Positions 10,004 to 19,784 of a stretch of 64,000 bases of DNA are shown in pieces. The notes below the pieces were generated by a model that saw only the letters and a list, made by a program, of their open reading frames with translations, did not search any database and was not told the origin of the DNA. Position 1 is the first letter of the stretch. Each line of letters opens with the position of its first letter. Both the position numbers and the translations under genes were made by a program. The DNA comes from a virus (Duplodnaviria; Caudoviricetes): IMG/VR virus record IMGVR_UViG_3300016744_000001. The stretch is one strand, 5' to 3'.

Positions 10004-12166
10004 ATGATCCTTTATCGTAACGACTGGGGCAGACAGGATGCCACAGTCCAAATCAATACCACGAATGAATCGTTCAAGCGCATGCACTTTGTCCTTAAAG
10101 ACATGGGTGTGAAAAACAACGCATTCTTTTTGGCACTCCATCAACCAGAGTTGCTGAACGTAAATCCCCACGATTATGATTCAATCACTCCAGAGATCGC
10201 CGCTAAGATCTCCATCGAGTGCAAGATCAATCCTTGGTACTACATTCGAGAGATCGTGCGCATTCCAGCGACTGGTGTGGAAGCTATTCCGTTTATCTTG
10301 AATCGTGCCAACCTGTTTCTGTTTTGGGCATTCTTCAATAGCTGTGCAACCTTTCTGATTCAACCTCGTCAGACTGGTAAAACTATTGGTTCGATGGCAC
10401 TGATTGTCTGCTTGATGTACTTCACGTATATCAACACTCGTATCAAGCTCTTCACACATAGCAACCAGCTGATCATCGAAAACGTTTCTCGTCTGAAAAC
10501 CATCCGAGATGAGCTACCACCATATCTGATCCATGTGGACAAGAACTTAGATACAGAAAACAAAGAAGAGATTCGGTATGCAGCACTGAATAACGTGTAC
10601 GCCACTAAGACCGCTCAGAAAGATATCGCTGGCGCTTTTAACGCTGGTCGTGGTGGTACCGTCTTGGTGAACCAACTTGACGAAGCTCCCTTCTGTTCGA
10701 ATATCCGGATCTCCTACCCAGTTTTGATGAACGCCAAGAACGCCGCTATGGCAATTGCTCGTGAGCACAACATCCCTTTTGGTGACATCATCACGACAAC
10801 TGCGGCTAAGTTGAACACTGACTCTGGTGCGTATGTGTACAACATCATGCGTAAGTGCTGTGCGTTCAACGAGCGGATGTACGATCTTGAGTCCAATGCT
10901 GCCTTGAAGTACGTCCTTAGAAAGAACAGTCAGAATGGCATGCTGTACGGTGAGTTCTCTTTCCGTCAGTTGGGCAAGACTGTTGAGTGGGCAGAAGAAG
11001 TTGCCAGAGAAAACAACCTTGAACAGGAAGACATCGAACGTGATTTGTACAACCGTTGGTCGTCAGGTAGTGAACGTCCTGCTGTTGATGTCGATCTCTT
11101 GGCCAAGATGGATGATGGTAAAACTCATCCTGTGCACACAGAAGAAGTAGATGGTTACCTGTTTAGATGGTACGAGCATCCAACGCAAGTGTGGAGTGAT
11201 CCGAACAGATTCTTTGTCATGGGTCTGGATACTTCAGAAAACATTGATGAAGACTTCACCACAATCCACTTCATGGATATCAGTGATCTCTCCACTGTAA
11301 TGACCAGTCGTTGCAATGACTCTGACTTGGTCAAACTTGGATTGTATCTGGCAAAGATGTTGATCGCTCACCCGAACTTTGTTCTCGTTCCTGAACGTCG
11401 TTCAACCGCTTCAGTTCTGATTGCGATCATCTGTGCTGAATTGTGGAAAGCTGGGATCAATCCATTTACCAGAATCTACAATAAGGTTTTCCAATGCCGT
11501 GAAGAAATGCCATTCAGCAAGATGGATGTCAGCAACAAGTATGCCAGTGAAGGACCAACAAAGAAGTTCATCGGGTTCACAACCACAGCTTCAGGTGAGA
11601 ACTCTCGTGACGCCCTCTACAAGTTCACACTGAATCGTGCACTCAAGATGAACTACGCTGTTGTGCGTGATATCAACCTAATTCAAGAACTGCACACACT
11701 AACTCTGCGTAATGGTCGAATCGACCACTTAGCTGGAGGACATGATGACTCTGTCATTTCGTTCATGCTCGCCGCTTGGTTCATTATTCACGGTCGTAAC
11801 CATCACTTGTACGGTATCCCAACCCACATCAAACTTGCCAAAATTGGTGGTAGTGGTGAAGCCATCGACATGAAGCGGAGCCATCGCCAGCGTCAACTGC
11901 AGATCAGGATCAAAGAACTTGAGAAGCAGATCAATGGCACAACTGACTCCATCATCAAAGTCGACTTGATCAAAGAGAAGAAATTCTTAGAGAACAGTCT
12001 ACTGGCACTTGGTCCCGGAGTACAATCAGTTGCAGCTATTGGTGACTTGCAGAGTGCTCCGTTGCAAACGGTTGATATGTCTGAGTTGGCACAAGCATTG
12101 TCCAGAGATGCCCAAACCAACAAGCTGAAGAAACAGATGACTGATCCACTATTCAAGTATTGGTAA
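10004..12166 (+). CDS. terL: Terminase large subunit (phiKZ gp25-like)
   Basis: Walker A QPRQTGKT, Walker B LDEAPF, motif III TTTA, nuclease MGLDTS and GHDDSVIS. Confidence 0.92.
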   Translation: MILYRNDWGRQDATVQINTTNESFKRMHFVLKDMGVKNNAFFLALHQPELLNVNPHDYDSITPEIAAKISIECKINPWYYIREIVRIPATGVEAIPFILNRANLFLFWAFFNSCATFLIQPRQTGKTIGSMALIVCLMYFTYINTRIKLFTHSNQLIIENVSRLKTIRDELPPYLIHVDKNLDTENKEEIRYAALNNVYATKTAQKDIAGAFNAGRGGTVLVNQLDEAPFCSNIRISYPVLMNAKNAAMAIAREHNIPFGDIITTTAAKLNTDSGAYVYNIMRKCCAFNERMYDLESNAALKYVLRKNSQNGMLYGEFSFRQLGKTVEWAEEVARENNLEQEDIERDLYNRWSSGSERPAVDVDLLAKMDDGKTHPVHTEEVDGYLFRWYEHPTQVWSDPNRFFVMGLDTSENIDEDFTTIHFMDISDLSTVMTSRCNDSDLVKLGLYLAKMLIAHPNFVLVPERRSTASVLIAIICAELWKAGINPFTRIYNKVFQCREEMPFSKMDVSNKYASEGPTKKFIGFTTTASGENSRDALYKFTLNRALKMNYAVVRDINLIQELHTLTLRNGRIDHLAGGHDDSVISFMLAAWFIIHGRNHHLYGIPTHIKLAKIGGSGEAIDMKRSHRQRQLQIRIKELEKQINGTTDSIIKVDLIKEKKFLENSLLALGPGVQSVAAIGDLQSAPLQTVDMSELAQALSRDAQTNKLKKQMTDPLFKYW

Positions 12167-12168
12167 AA

Positions 12169-12199
12169 TACAGAGGGAGGGCATTGCCCTCCCTCTGTA
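12169..12199 (+). terminator. Intergenic hairpin
   Basis: TACAGAGGGAGGGC-ATT-GCCCTCCCTCTGTA. Confidence 0.65.
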
Positions 12200-12219
12200 A
12201 ACTAAATATTTTTAGCAGA

Positions 12220-12227
12220 TATATTAC
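12220..12227 (+). promoter_or_regulatory. Early promoter motif TATATTAC
   Basis: Exact motif about 50 nt upstream of 12279. Confidence 0.7.
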
Positions 12228-12278
12228 TTTACAGATGTTGAATATCAATCTGCATAACCTTTAAAAATAGAGGCACAT

Positions 12279-14558
12279 ATGTCCAGACATGCAAGATGGC
12301 GAGTAACCGTTACCTGGCCGGGTGATGAAAACATTGTGTATGCCAGGCCAATCAAATCTGATTCCAGGAAGCTCCCGTGCACCGTACAGCCTCACCGCAG
12401 TCATTCTGCTGCCAGTCGGTTGGTAAAAGAAATTGCTCTTTCACTGCAGACCACCATGCGTCAATGCGGGTTTACCCCTCAGGATATTGACCACCTGAAA
12501 ATCTTGCCGCCGATATGGAAGCTTGAAGCATTCCTTGCTGAAAAGCTGTCGACAACACCGGCATACTCCTTATCAGTTCGATTTTGGCTGCGGTCTGTCT
12601 GTTTGGTCAGTATCACTGTGGAGTGGACTGATCCCGACGACCGGTCCAATGAACAGACAGCCGGGATTGACATCGCTTACATCACCGACAAAACGGCGGA
12701 TAAGCTGGGAACGATCGACATTATCGGTTTGTCCACGGATATCGGGAAACTGGCAGACATCTTTGACTCCAGTTCTTTCGATTTTACAGAAATGTGGACT
12801 TTCGGCGCTGACAATGCCGGGGATGAACTTACCACCTACCAAAACCTTGAGGACGCTATGAGCAGCAAAAAGAAAAATCAGACCACCACGACTGAAGATG
12901 ACAAGACCATCGGCGAAGCAATACCGTCACTTGATCGGCTGTTGGTAGCAGTGCATCCCAGGATTACTGAGCTCTTCACCGATGAACCCAACCCGACCGA
13001 CGAACAAAAAGCCGACATCGTCAAACAGATCTATTGGGTGATTGCTCGTGAGCTGGACCTGCGCTCCAGAAGCATTATCAAAACAGCCACTCCCGTGCCG
13101 GCGATTGTCCCCTCATTCCTTGCGTCGATAAGCGACCCTGTTGTTGCAGACAAAATGATCTCAGCCGTTTGCCAGGTACAGGACGCAGTTGATGTGTTAC
13201 GTTTGTCGGCAGATCAATCTGAAATCCTGAATAATTTCGATGTTATCATCGGCGTTGTGAATGGGTTTGTCAGACAGATCAAAGATTACCATGCTGACGA
13301 GACCACATCAATGTCAACACCTGAAAAGTCCAAACGTGAACGGCTCATCGAGCTGCTCAGCGAAGCCAAGAGTGATGAAGACATCAGCGACATCCTGCTG
13401 GCTTACAACGGGGCAACACCTGTGGTAAGCGAACGCACCAAGCAGGTGGATGCCGGCATCACAAAGATCCGTGACCTGTTGGCCAAGACTGGGCATGATT
13501 GGACCAATGAAATGGTCCTGGAGGAAATCTATCGCATCCTGATCAACGTCATCGACTGGCTCGTGATCGATGACATGGTCCAGGGCAACAATGATGAGCT
13601 GTCAAATCCGCTCACTGCAGACCAGGCTGCAAAAACACGTCTGGCGGTAATGGAATTCATCCACGACGTGGATATTTTTCGTAGAAGCAATCATTCCTTT
13701 GCGGCGGTCGCCAGTTTCTTGGACAGCATGGGTTACCTGGCAAAGAAACACAAAGTTGTGGTGGTGACTGGTGATGGCATCCTTTCGGATCTGTTGGAAT
13801 ACTCCAAGGTTCCAGCAGAAGATCGTGCTGCGGTCAAATCACAGATCATCAAAGTGATCAACCGTGAAGGTAACCTCAACAGGACCGGGACCTCTGCTTC
13901 GACGTGCCAAGGGTTTACTTTGTCGTCGGATCGAACCGCGCAGCATGACCACAAACGTGTGGCCGTACGTGGGATGCTTCGTACATATGGTTCGGTCAAA
14001 ATGCAGCAATTCTGCATGGATTGCCAACATGTTGCAGACTGTAAGCACTGCAACCTTGTGCTCCAGAATCGTGTAAACGATGATCGCCCCAGTCGGAGCA
14101 GCTTTGATGTCAAGGTACGACTCATTGCTGCCGACATGACCCAACCAGAAAGTCAGCAGCGTGGTGAGCAGGTACGTGTTGACAGTCCGTCAGATTCATT
14201 TTCTGACTTCGGCACCGGCCGCATGGCCAAGGCCTCGGACGAACGCCGTCGGAAGTACCACCTTGACGCCCGCCGTGATCAGATCATGGAGCTCAGAGAT
14301 CCCGACCTGCTGCTCAACTGTTTCAACTGCACTGATCTGCCCACTTGTGAGGCATTTGCTGAACGGGTGGAAGAACTGAAGAACGATCCCTTCCGCCCGG
14401 TTTCCCGTGGTGATAGCCGTGTGAAAAATCTGCTGGATATGCTGGAAAAGACTCATGTCCAATCCAGTGTTGCCAAGGGTCAACAGCCGGAAGACAATGA
14501 TTGCGACCAGGCAGCGCACCGTGTCCTGAATCGCCTCTTTCGCCGCGCCGGACGATAA
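12279..14558 (+). CDS. Large hypothetical protein with two C-terminal Cys clusters
   Basis: 759 aa; CMDCQHVADCKHC and CFNCTDLPTC motifs. Confidence 0.75.
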   Translation: MSRHARWRVTVTWPGDENIVYARPIKSDSRKLPCTVQPHRSHSAASRLVKEIALSLQTTMRQCGFTPQDIDHLKILPPIWKLEAFLAEKLSTTPAYSLSVRFWLRSVCLVSITVEWTDPDDRSNEQTAGIDIAYITDKTADKLGTIDIIGLSTDIGKLADIFDSSSFDFTEMWTFGADNAGDELTTYQNLEDAMSSKKKNQTTTTEDDKTIGEAIPSLDRLLVAVHPRITELFTDEPNPTDEQKADIVKQIYWVIARELDLRSRSIIKTATPVPAIVPSFLASISDPVVADKMISAVCQVQDAVDVLRLSADQSEILNNFDVIIGVVNGFVRQIKDYHADETTSMSTPEKSKRERLIELLSEAKSDEDISDILLAYNGATPVVSERTKQVDAGITKIRDLLAKTGHDWTNEMVLEEIYRILINVIDWLVIDDMVQGNNDELSNPLTADQAAKTRLAVMEFIHDVDIFRRSNHSFAAVASFLDSMGYLAKKHKVVVVTGDGILSDLLEYSKVPAEDRAAVKSQIIKVINREGNLNRTGTSASTCQGFTLSSDRTAQHDHKRVAVRGMLRTYGSVKMQQFCMDCQHVADCKHCNLVLQNRVNDDRPSRSSFDVKVRLIAADMTQPESQQRGEQVRVDSPSDSFSDFGTGRMAKASDERRRKYHLDARRDQIMELRDPDLLLNCFNCTDLPTCEAFAERVEELKNDPFRPVSRGDSRVKNLLDMLEKTHVQSSVAKGQQPEDNDCDQAAHRVLNRLFRRAGR

Positions 14559-14579
14559 TCAATAACCGCAACTATTAAT

Positions 14580-14609
14580 CAGAGTGGGGAGAAGTTTCTC
14601 CCCACTCTG
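14580..14609 (+). terminator. Intergenic hairpin
   Basis: CAGAGTGGGGAGA / TCTCCCCACTCTG. Confidence 0.6.
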
Positions 14610-14625
14610 GTATTTTAGGAGCATT

Positions 14626-15279
14626 ATGCTGACAAATAAAGCTGTGATGGAAATTGATTTTTCAGTATTCACATCAACTCCGGTTAAGAAAAAGACAAAC
14701 CATGGTGTTCCTAGAATGGCTGGCTTGTCAGTTGAGCTTACTGAAAAAGGTACGGAACCAATAAACTTTCGAGAGAAGTTGATGCAGAAGTTGGCAAGTT
14801 ATAACTTCTTGCTTACTCCTCAACAACAGAATCGAGTCCTTTGTATTTTTGAGTGGGCAATAATCATTGATGATTTTTACAACAAGACTCAAAACAAATC
14901 CTCAGAATTCACAAAGCACTTCAAAATACTTGTTGACAAAGCACAACACTTGATCAGACTCTCATCGGAGTTTGAACAGATGGAAACAACGTTTCAAGTT
15001 GGCGTCAACAATAAAACCGCAATTGTTTTCACGGGGACACCCGCACAAGTCTTTTCAATTAGGCATGCAGCACTTTTTGAAAACTTCCACTTGTTTAATG
15101 GTGAAAATCCAGAAGAACATTTGCAAAAACAGAAAGTGCTGTTTAAATACCGTAGGGCAAAGTTGGTGGAAACTGAATTTGTCGACGGAATAAAGTGCCA
15201 GTGTTACACCAGTATATTTGCTGGTGCTTCTGCGCCAAGACACAGTGTCACAATCACATTAGTACTGGACGAAGATTAA
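14626..15279 (+). CDS. Hypothetical protein (AT-rich)
   Basis: AGGAG RBS before ATG 14626. Confidence 0.7.
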   Translation: MLTNKAVMEIDFSVFTSTPVKKKTNHGVPRMAGLSVELTEKGTEPINFREKLMQKLASYNFLLTPQQQNRVLCIFEWAIIIDDFYNKTQNKSSEFTKHFKILVDKAQHLIRLSSEFEQMETTFQVGVNNKTAIVFTGTPAQVFSIRHAALFENFHLFNGENPEEHLQKQKVLFKYRRAKLVETEFVDGIKCQCYTSIFAGASAPRHSVTITLVLDED

Positions 15280-15288
15280 GGAGGTAGC

Positions 15289-15855
15289 ATGGCAGATTAC
15301 TATCAGATCTTTGCTAAGACTGTTCAGGATTTTCCTGAAAAAGCAGCAAACGACCTCAATGCGCTGATTTCCTTTGCGGATACCAGAGAGTTTCCGGAAC
15401 CGGAAGAACCCCTTGGTGGGCTCCCGGAATGGTACGCAAAGAAACACAACCTCACTGATGACCAGACCACGCTGGATACTCAGTTGGCACAACAGGTTCT
15501 TGATGCTCAGGACATCTACTCGTGTGGCACTGATGTCATCATTGAATCCAGCAAGGATGGTAAGTGCGATCTTTACCTGAAAGCTGAACTCAATGGTGAT
15601 CCTCATGCCGTGATGTCACTGATGTCAGAAGTAATGCAAGAACACAAAATCGATGAACCCATCATCCTTGAAGCCGCCGTCACTTGCAGTCGGATGCGCT
15701 CAGGTGCTTTTGGTGGGATGGTCACTGTTGCTGGCCCCGGTGTTGTCATGCACGAAAACACTTGGAGCCTGGGAACAACTTTGAAAGACATGATCGCACG
15801 CAATGAAGACGAAGGGGAACTTCGTCCTTTCACTACGAGGACCAATAATGAGTAA
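15289..15855 (+). CDS. Hypothetical protein
   Basis: AAGGAGG RBS; acidic 188-aa ORF. Confidence 0.75.
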   Translation: MADYYQIFAKTVQDFPEKAANDLNALISFADTREFPEPEEPLGGLPEWYAKKHNLTDDQTTLDTQLAQQVLDAQDIYSCGTDVIIESSKDGKCDLYLKAELNGDPHAVMSLMSEVMQEHKIDEPIILEAAVTCSRMRSGAFGGMVTVAGPGVVMHENTWSLGTTLKDMIARNEDEGELRPFTTRTNNE

Positions 15856-16774
15856 AGTTATTCTTCCGTGGTTTGATCCTGAAAACCAACAGGATTACCG
15901 CTGCTTGATGTGGAACCTGACCAGGCAGTGCACTGCAAATTGTCCGTACTGCCCTTTCCACTATAACCATCGCAGCCCTTATGAACATGATGCCGCCAAG
16001 ATTATCTCTTGGATCTGGGAACAGTTCATGAAGTATCCTGCGAAATATACCCAGGTCAGTTTGTTTGGTGGTGAACCCACCTTGCATCCGAGATTCATGA
16101 AGATCGTGCAGACTTTGAACGAGCTTGTGCAGAACGTTCTGGTCTACACCAATCTCAGTGACTCGGTGTCTTTCTACTTCAAGACACTTGGGTATGCTCG
16201 AGTTTCCTTGATCACAACGTATCACGAAAACCAGATGTCTCCAGAAATGTACATCCAGAAGCTACGTTACTTGAAAGAGTTCGCAACCATGCCCGGGTAC
16301 GAAGATATCTGTAAACGTATCATTGTCACCGTCATGACCAGTGATCCTTCGCATCAGCAGGTGTTTGAAACCTTGCGGTCTGAGGGCTTTCAGGTTAGCC
16401 TGGCTGAACCTCATCGTGGTGGTCAAGGTCATTCACATCTCAAAGAAGACAAAACAATCATTGACACTGCTGGCTGGAAGAAAGTCGTCAACAACAATGC
16501 GAATTGTTTTACTGGCTGGGAATGTCTGGCCGGAAAGAACAATCTCTACATTGAAGAAAACGGCGACGTCTTTCCTTGCCAGTGCATGGGTCAGCGTGCG
16601 TTCCTTCAGAAAGAAGACGCTACTGCTCCTTTGACAAACATCGTCAGTGATCCTACCTTTGACTGGGGCAACGTTCCTGCAACCACTTGTACAATGAAGG
16701 CGTGTCGCTTTGAACTCTTCCTCACAAAAACCGAACCGGTCCTGGGCAGCGGAGAAGATGGAAATCACAGTTGA
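15848..16774 (+). CDS. Radical SAM protein with C-terminal SPASM/twitch-like domain
   Basis: CTANCPYC (CxxxCxxC), FGGEPTLHP, CLAGKNNLYIEENGDVFPC. Confidence 0.9.
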   Translation: MSKVILPWFDPENQQDYRCLMWNLTRQCTANCPYCPFHYNHRSPYEHDAAKIISWIWEQFMKYPAKYTQVSLFGGEPTLHPRFMKIVQTLNELVQNVLVYTNLSDSVSFYFKTLGYARVSLITTYHENQMSPEMYIQKLRYLKEFATMPGYEDICKRIIVTVMTSDPSHQQVFETLRSEGFQVSLAEPHRGGQGHSHLKEDKTIIDTAGWKKVVNNNANCFTGWECLAGKNNLYIEENGDVFPCQCMGQRAFLQKEDATAPLTNIVSDPTFDWGNVPATTCTMKACRFELFLTKTEPVLGSGEDGNHS

Positions 16775-16898
16775 TTATGTTTTCAACATGACCATCTGGA
16801 TGATCGGACTTGCTTTGTTCTACGCAAGAATCATTGCAACTGATCAACGTCCTGGGATTGCATTCATCAACTGTTTTGGCCAGATGGCTTGTGCCTAG
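16758..16898 (+). CDS. Small hydrophobic protein
   Basis: GGAGA RBS, MEITVDYVFNMTIWMIGLALFYA TM-like segment. Confidence 0.4.
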   Translation: MEITVDYVFNMTIWMIGLALFYARIIATDQRPGIAFINCFGQMACA

Positions 16899-17037
16899 TT
16901 AGTGACTCTCCAACTCAATCAGTGGGGAGTAGAACCAAGATCTTGGGTTTTAAAAGCCATCCTCTACATGAGTCTCTGCGCATTCGTCTCTTGGTTTGGA
17001 CAACTAACACTGGGCATGTTTGCCTAAGGAGAAACAC

Positions 17038-17694
17038 ATGAGTCAGGAAAATACGGTCACATTGGAGTTTTCTGGATCGTCTGCTACCGTGGCAACTGGT
17101 GTGGTTGGTTCTGACCACGTAATTATTCCGAAACTTGGGCACCACAAAGGTGCTGGGCTGACGCAACTGACCTGGGAATTGCCGACAACCCCACCTGAGG
17201 ATGTTGTCACCACTGTGCAACAGTACATCCACGACATGTTCGATGAGGCAATCGCTCTGGCTCAGCCCACTCCGGAAAAACGGGATGCTCACCCAGAACC
17301 CCATTTTCGCCTGATGTACAACACCTTGGTGATGGCACTTCACCGACTCGAAGATTCCCTTCAGGGCATGATGATCCGTGATGACACGGCAGTTGAACGA
17401 CACAAAGTGCGGGTGGAAGTGCATTTTCTGACGCGTGACACCCCCCTCAAAAGGTCTCTCCCCACCTCTGGTTATCTCTGGGTTGAAGCTGTGATTGCCT
17501 CTGCCAAACCAGTGCACCCGCCGTACTACTCCAGCAGTGATCGAACGGTGGTACTCAACCGTCTGGTAGACAGCGATGAAGAATACATGCTGCTGACCCC
17601 TCAGACAGAAATCAGCACTCATGAGGAATTGCGGCGTTTTCTGATATCGCGGGAAAACAGATCCCAGGAGGAGCAGAGTGGCGACGGTAACTGA
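17038..17694 (+). CDS. Hypothetical protein
   Basis: AAGGAG RBS before ATG 17038. Confidence 0.7.
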   Translation: MSQENTVTLEFSGSSATVATGVVGSDHVIIPKLGHHKGAGLTQLTWELPTTPPEDVVTTVQQYIHDMFDEAIALAQPTPEKRDAHPEPHFRLMYNTLVMALHRLEDSLQGMMIRDDTAVERHKVRVEVHFLTRDTPLKRSLPTSGYLWVEAVIASAKPVHPPYYSSSDRTVVLNRLVDSDEEYMLLTPQTEISTHEELRRFLISRENRSQEEQSGDGN

Positions 17695-18283
17695 GTTCAA
17701 ACCGCAAAAAGAGAAAGCGCTGCCAGCGCCAACTTTCACGTATGAAGAAAAGTTCTTCCGTGAATTTACGGCGAATGAACCCCCGGCTTGGGATATCCGA
17801 GTGGAAATATCTCGTATCCCAAAGCGGGTAAATGTCGATCCAAAAGCCTTGCTCTGTCTTGGACCACTGAGCACAATGGCGGCCGCGTTTTTGGCATTCC
17901 GTGCTGAATGGTTCGCTGAGCTTGAAAACAAGCAAGCTCAGAAGAACTGTGCAACCAAGTTTGTGCAGATCATTCGCGAAGCTTGCGAAAAACTCCCGGA
18001 CAATCTGTTCAGTGAAATGCAAATTGGAATGGAGGTCGATTGTGGTGGTTCAGTCCTCACACAACACTCCATCCATCGTCGAGCATCAGCTGTTGATTTC
18101 CTGTACAGCACTGACATCATCGGTTTCTTTTCCAGACTCGCTGAGACCAAAAAGGTCGCTGTGATGTCAGCCATGATCTTTGAGCTGCCTGAAGCTATCT
18201 GTCAGGTAGAACCACTCATCGTGCGCAGTGACCGTAGCAAACATGTCCGTGTGAATGTTCGAGTGCTGTCAACCTTGCCTTAA
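17678..18283 (+). CDS. Hypothetical protein
   Basis: GGAGGAG RBS before GTG, overlapping the previous gene. Confidence 0.7.
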   Translation: MATVTEFKPQKEKALPAPTFTYEEKFFREFTANEPPAWDIRVEISRIPKRVNVDPKALLCLGPLSTMAAAFLAFRAEWFAELENKQAQKNCATKFVQIIREACEKLPDNLFSEMQIGMEVDCGGSVLTQHSIHRRASAVDFLYSTDIIGFFSRLAETKKVAVMSAMIFELPEAICQVEPLIVRSDRSKHVRVNVRVLSTLP

Positions 18284-18312
18284 TCTATTCCACTTTCAGT
18301 TAAGGAGCAGTC

Positions 18313-18969
18313 ATGAAAAATTCTTTTGCCGTGTCAGTGTTCAATCGTTCCAAGGACTTCTACTTCATGCGTGAAGTTGGTCAACTCTCTGAAAACATTG
18401 GCACTTGGGCTGTGGCCACCAATGAACTGGAATCCAAGGAAAAACTCAGCTACTGGCTGAAACGCACAACCACGCAAATCAAGTTCAGCCACCCTGGCCG
18501 TCTGGATATGCCCAATCCGTCATACTTGTTGCGTGAAATGTACGCGATGGAACATCTGCTTGCTCACCCGATCTTCCACAGTGCTCTGGTTGACGAACTG
18601 GAGTCGAAAAACGACCAGATCGCCAACCCGTTCACTTTCTCCATTGGTATCGCCGACACCCCGGCAGACAAGTACGATGGCGGCTTGCTTATCAGCCCTA
18701 GGGCCTACTTGAAGTACAATCCGCTGATGTCGGAAGCCCGAGTCGTAACCTTTGACAATGAGCACATGGAATCGACGGATGTCTTTGCGCCATCCGTCTC
18801 CGTCTACCGGACGGGTGAAGTCAAAAACAGTCGGCAGCTGTACAGCAATGTGACGGAAATGTTGAAGACCATCTTCAAGACTGACTTTGATGGTCTTGAA
18901 CCGATGGACATGGACATCTTCCGTCTGTTCTGCTCTGGTCAGCTTAAGCTGATGACGCAGACCGTCTAA
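18313..18969 (+). CDS. Hypothetical protein
   Basis: AAGGAG RBS; 218 aa. Confidence 0.75.
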   Translation: MKNSFAVSVFNRSKDFYFMREVGQLSENIGTWAVATNELESKEKLSYWLKRTTTQIKFSHPGRLDMPNPSYLLREMYAMEHLLAHPIFHSALVDELESKNDQIANPFTFSIGIADTPADKYDGGLLISPRAYLKYNPLMSEARVVTFDNEHMESTDVFAPSVSVYRTGEVKNSRQLYSNVTEMLKTIFKTDFDGLEPMDMDIFRLFCSGQLKLMTQTV

Positions 18970-18978
18970 ACCTACCGT

Positions 18979-19019
18979 AAAATAAACCACCCTGGGCAAC
19001 TGGGGTGGTTTATTTTTTT
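18979..19019 (+). terminator. Rho-independent terminator
   Basis: AAAATAAACCACCC...GGGTGGTTTATTTTTTT. Confidence 0.8.
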
Positions 19020-19071
19020 GTAAATCAACCTTATTCGCAGCTATATAACAACTGTGAAGAAGCAGATTAAT
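19019..19071 (+). promoter_or_regulatory. Early-promoter cassette (TATATAAC), near-duplicate of 4457-4509
   Basis: Shared approximately 50-bp sequence. Confidence 0.7.
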
Positions 19072-19121
19072 GTGATCTGTAACAACTTTATTCACCATGT
19101 CTTAAGCCCACGGAGGCTATC

Positions 19122-19454
19122 ATGAACATGCTCAACGGTTTGCCCAGCGCCAATGGTCTTCGTTGGGAAGATCGCAATGGTACTGAAGTCATCACCTTTT
19201 CTCCTCGACTGTTTTCTGATGAAGTCATTGAAACTTCTGACTTCCGTTTTGAGATCATCTCTGGCGGTCTCCTTCTTCGTGTGTTCGAAGAAGGTACCAA
19301 GAATGGTCGCAGGATCTACAAGGACTATTTGGTGTCCTACTTTCGTCGTGACCAGTCTCCTATCTGGCGCAATGAAAACAACAGCTTTACTTATCGCCGC
19401 ATCCTTGACGTGTTTGACCGTTGCTTGGTTGCTGCTTATGGCGATGCAATTTAA
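19122..19454 (+). CDS. Small hypothetical early protein
   Basis: GGAGG RBS, own promoter cassette and downstream palindrome. Confidence 0.75.
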   Translation: MNMLNGLPSANGLRWEDRNGTEVITFSPRLFSDEVIETSDFRFEIISGGLLLRVFEEGTKNGRRIYKDYLVSYFRRDQSPIWRNENNSFTYRRILDVFDRCLVAAYGDAI

Positions 19455-19460
19455 CTACGA

Positions 19461-19494
19461 CAGTGGTGGCTAGGGATATCCCTAGCCACCACTG
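19461..19494. terminator. Perfect 34-bp palindrome
   Basis: CAGTGGTGGCTAGGGATATCCCTAGCCACCACTG. Confidence 0.6.
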
Positions 19495-19582
19495 AAATGG
19501 ATAAAGTGCATCATAGTTTTTCTTTAATAATTAACTGACAATATTTGTAAATGTTGTCTCCAAATAATCAAAGGAGCTACCG

Positions 19583-19748
19583 ATGCCTCGCCCACTCCCA
19601 AATCTAATACGACTTGTCTGAAAAAGAAGCAATTGAACGTTATGCTGAACGGTATGACGCGATGGTTCCTCTTCTGTTGGCAAGAACTGATCAAACTCCA
19701 ATTGGTGATATTCTCAACGACTGGTTTTCAGAATGCACAATTTACTAA
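19583..19748 (+). pseudogene. Small gene interrupted by a +1 frameshift (MPRPLPNL|YDLSEKEAIERY...CTIY*)
   Basis: AAGGAG RBS + ATG 19583; one extra A near 19607 separates it from a protein-like frame ending TAA 19748, followed by a hairpin at 19750-19780. Confidence 0.5.
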
Positions 19749-19784
19749 CTGTCTAGTGGAGGCAATGCCTCCACTAGACACCAA

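Noticed and set aside
16915-17931. 338-aa minus-strand ORF, and similar long antisense ORFs (28457..29374, 48448..49179, 54536..55201)
   Set aside because: They shadow plus-strand genes that have good RBSs and operon context; typical antisense open frames caused by codon bias.
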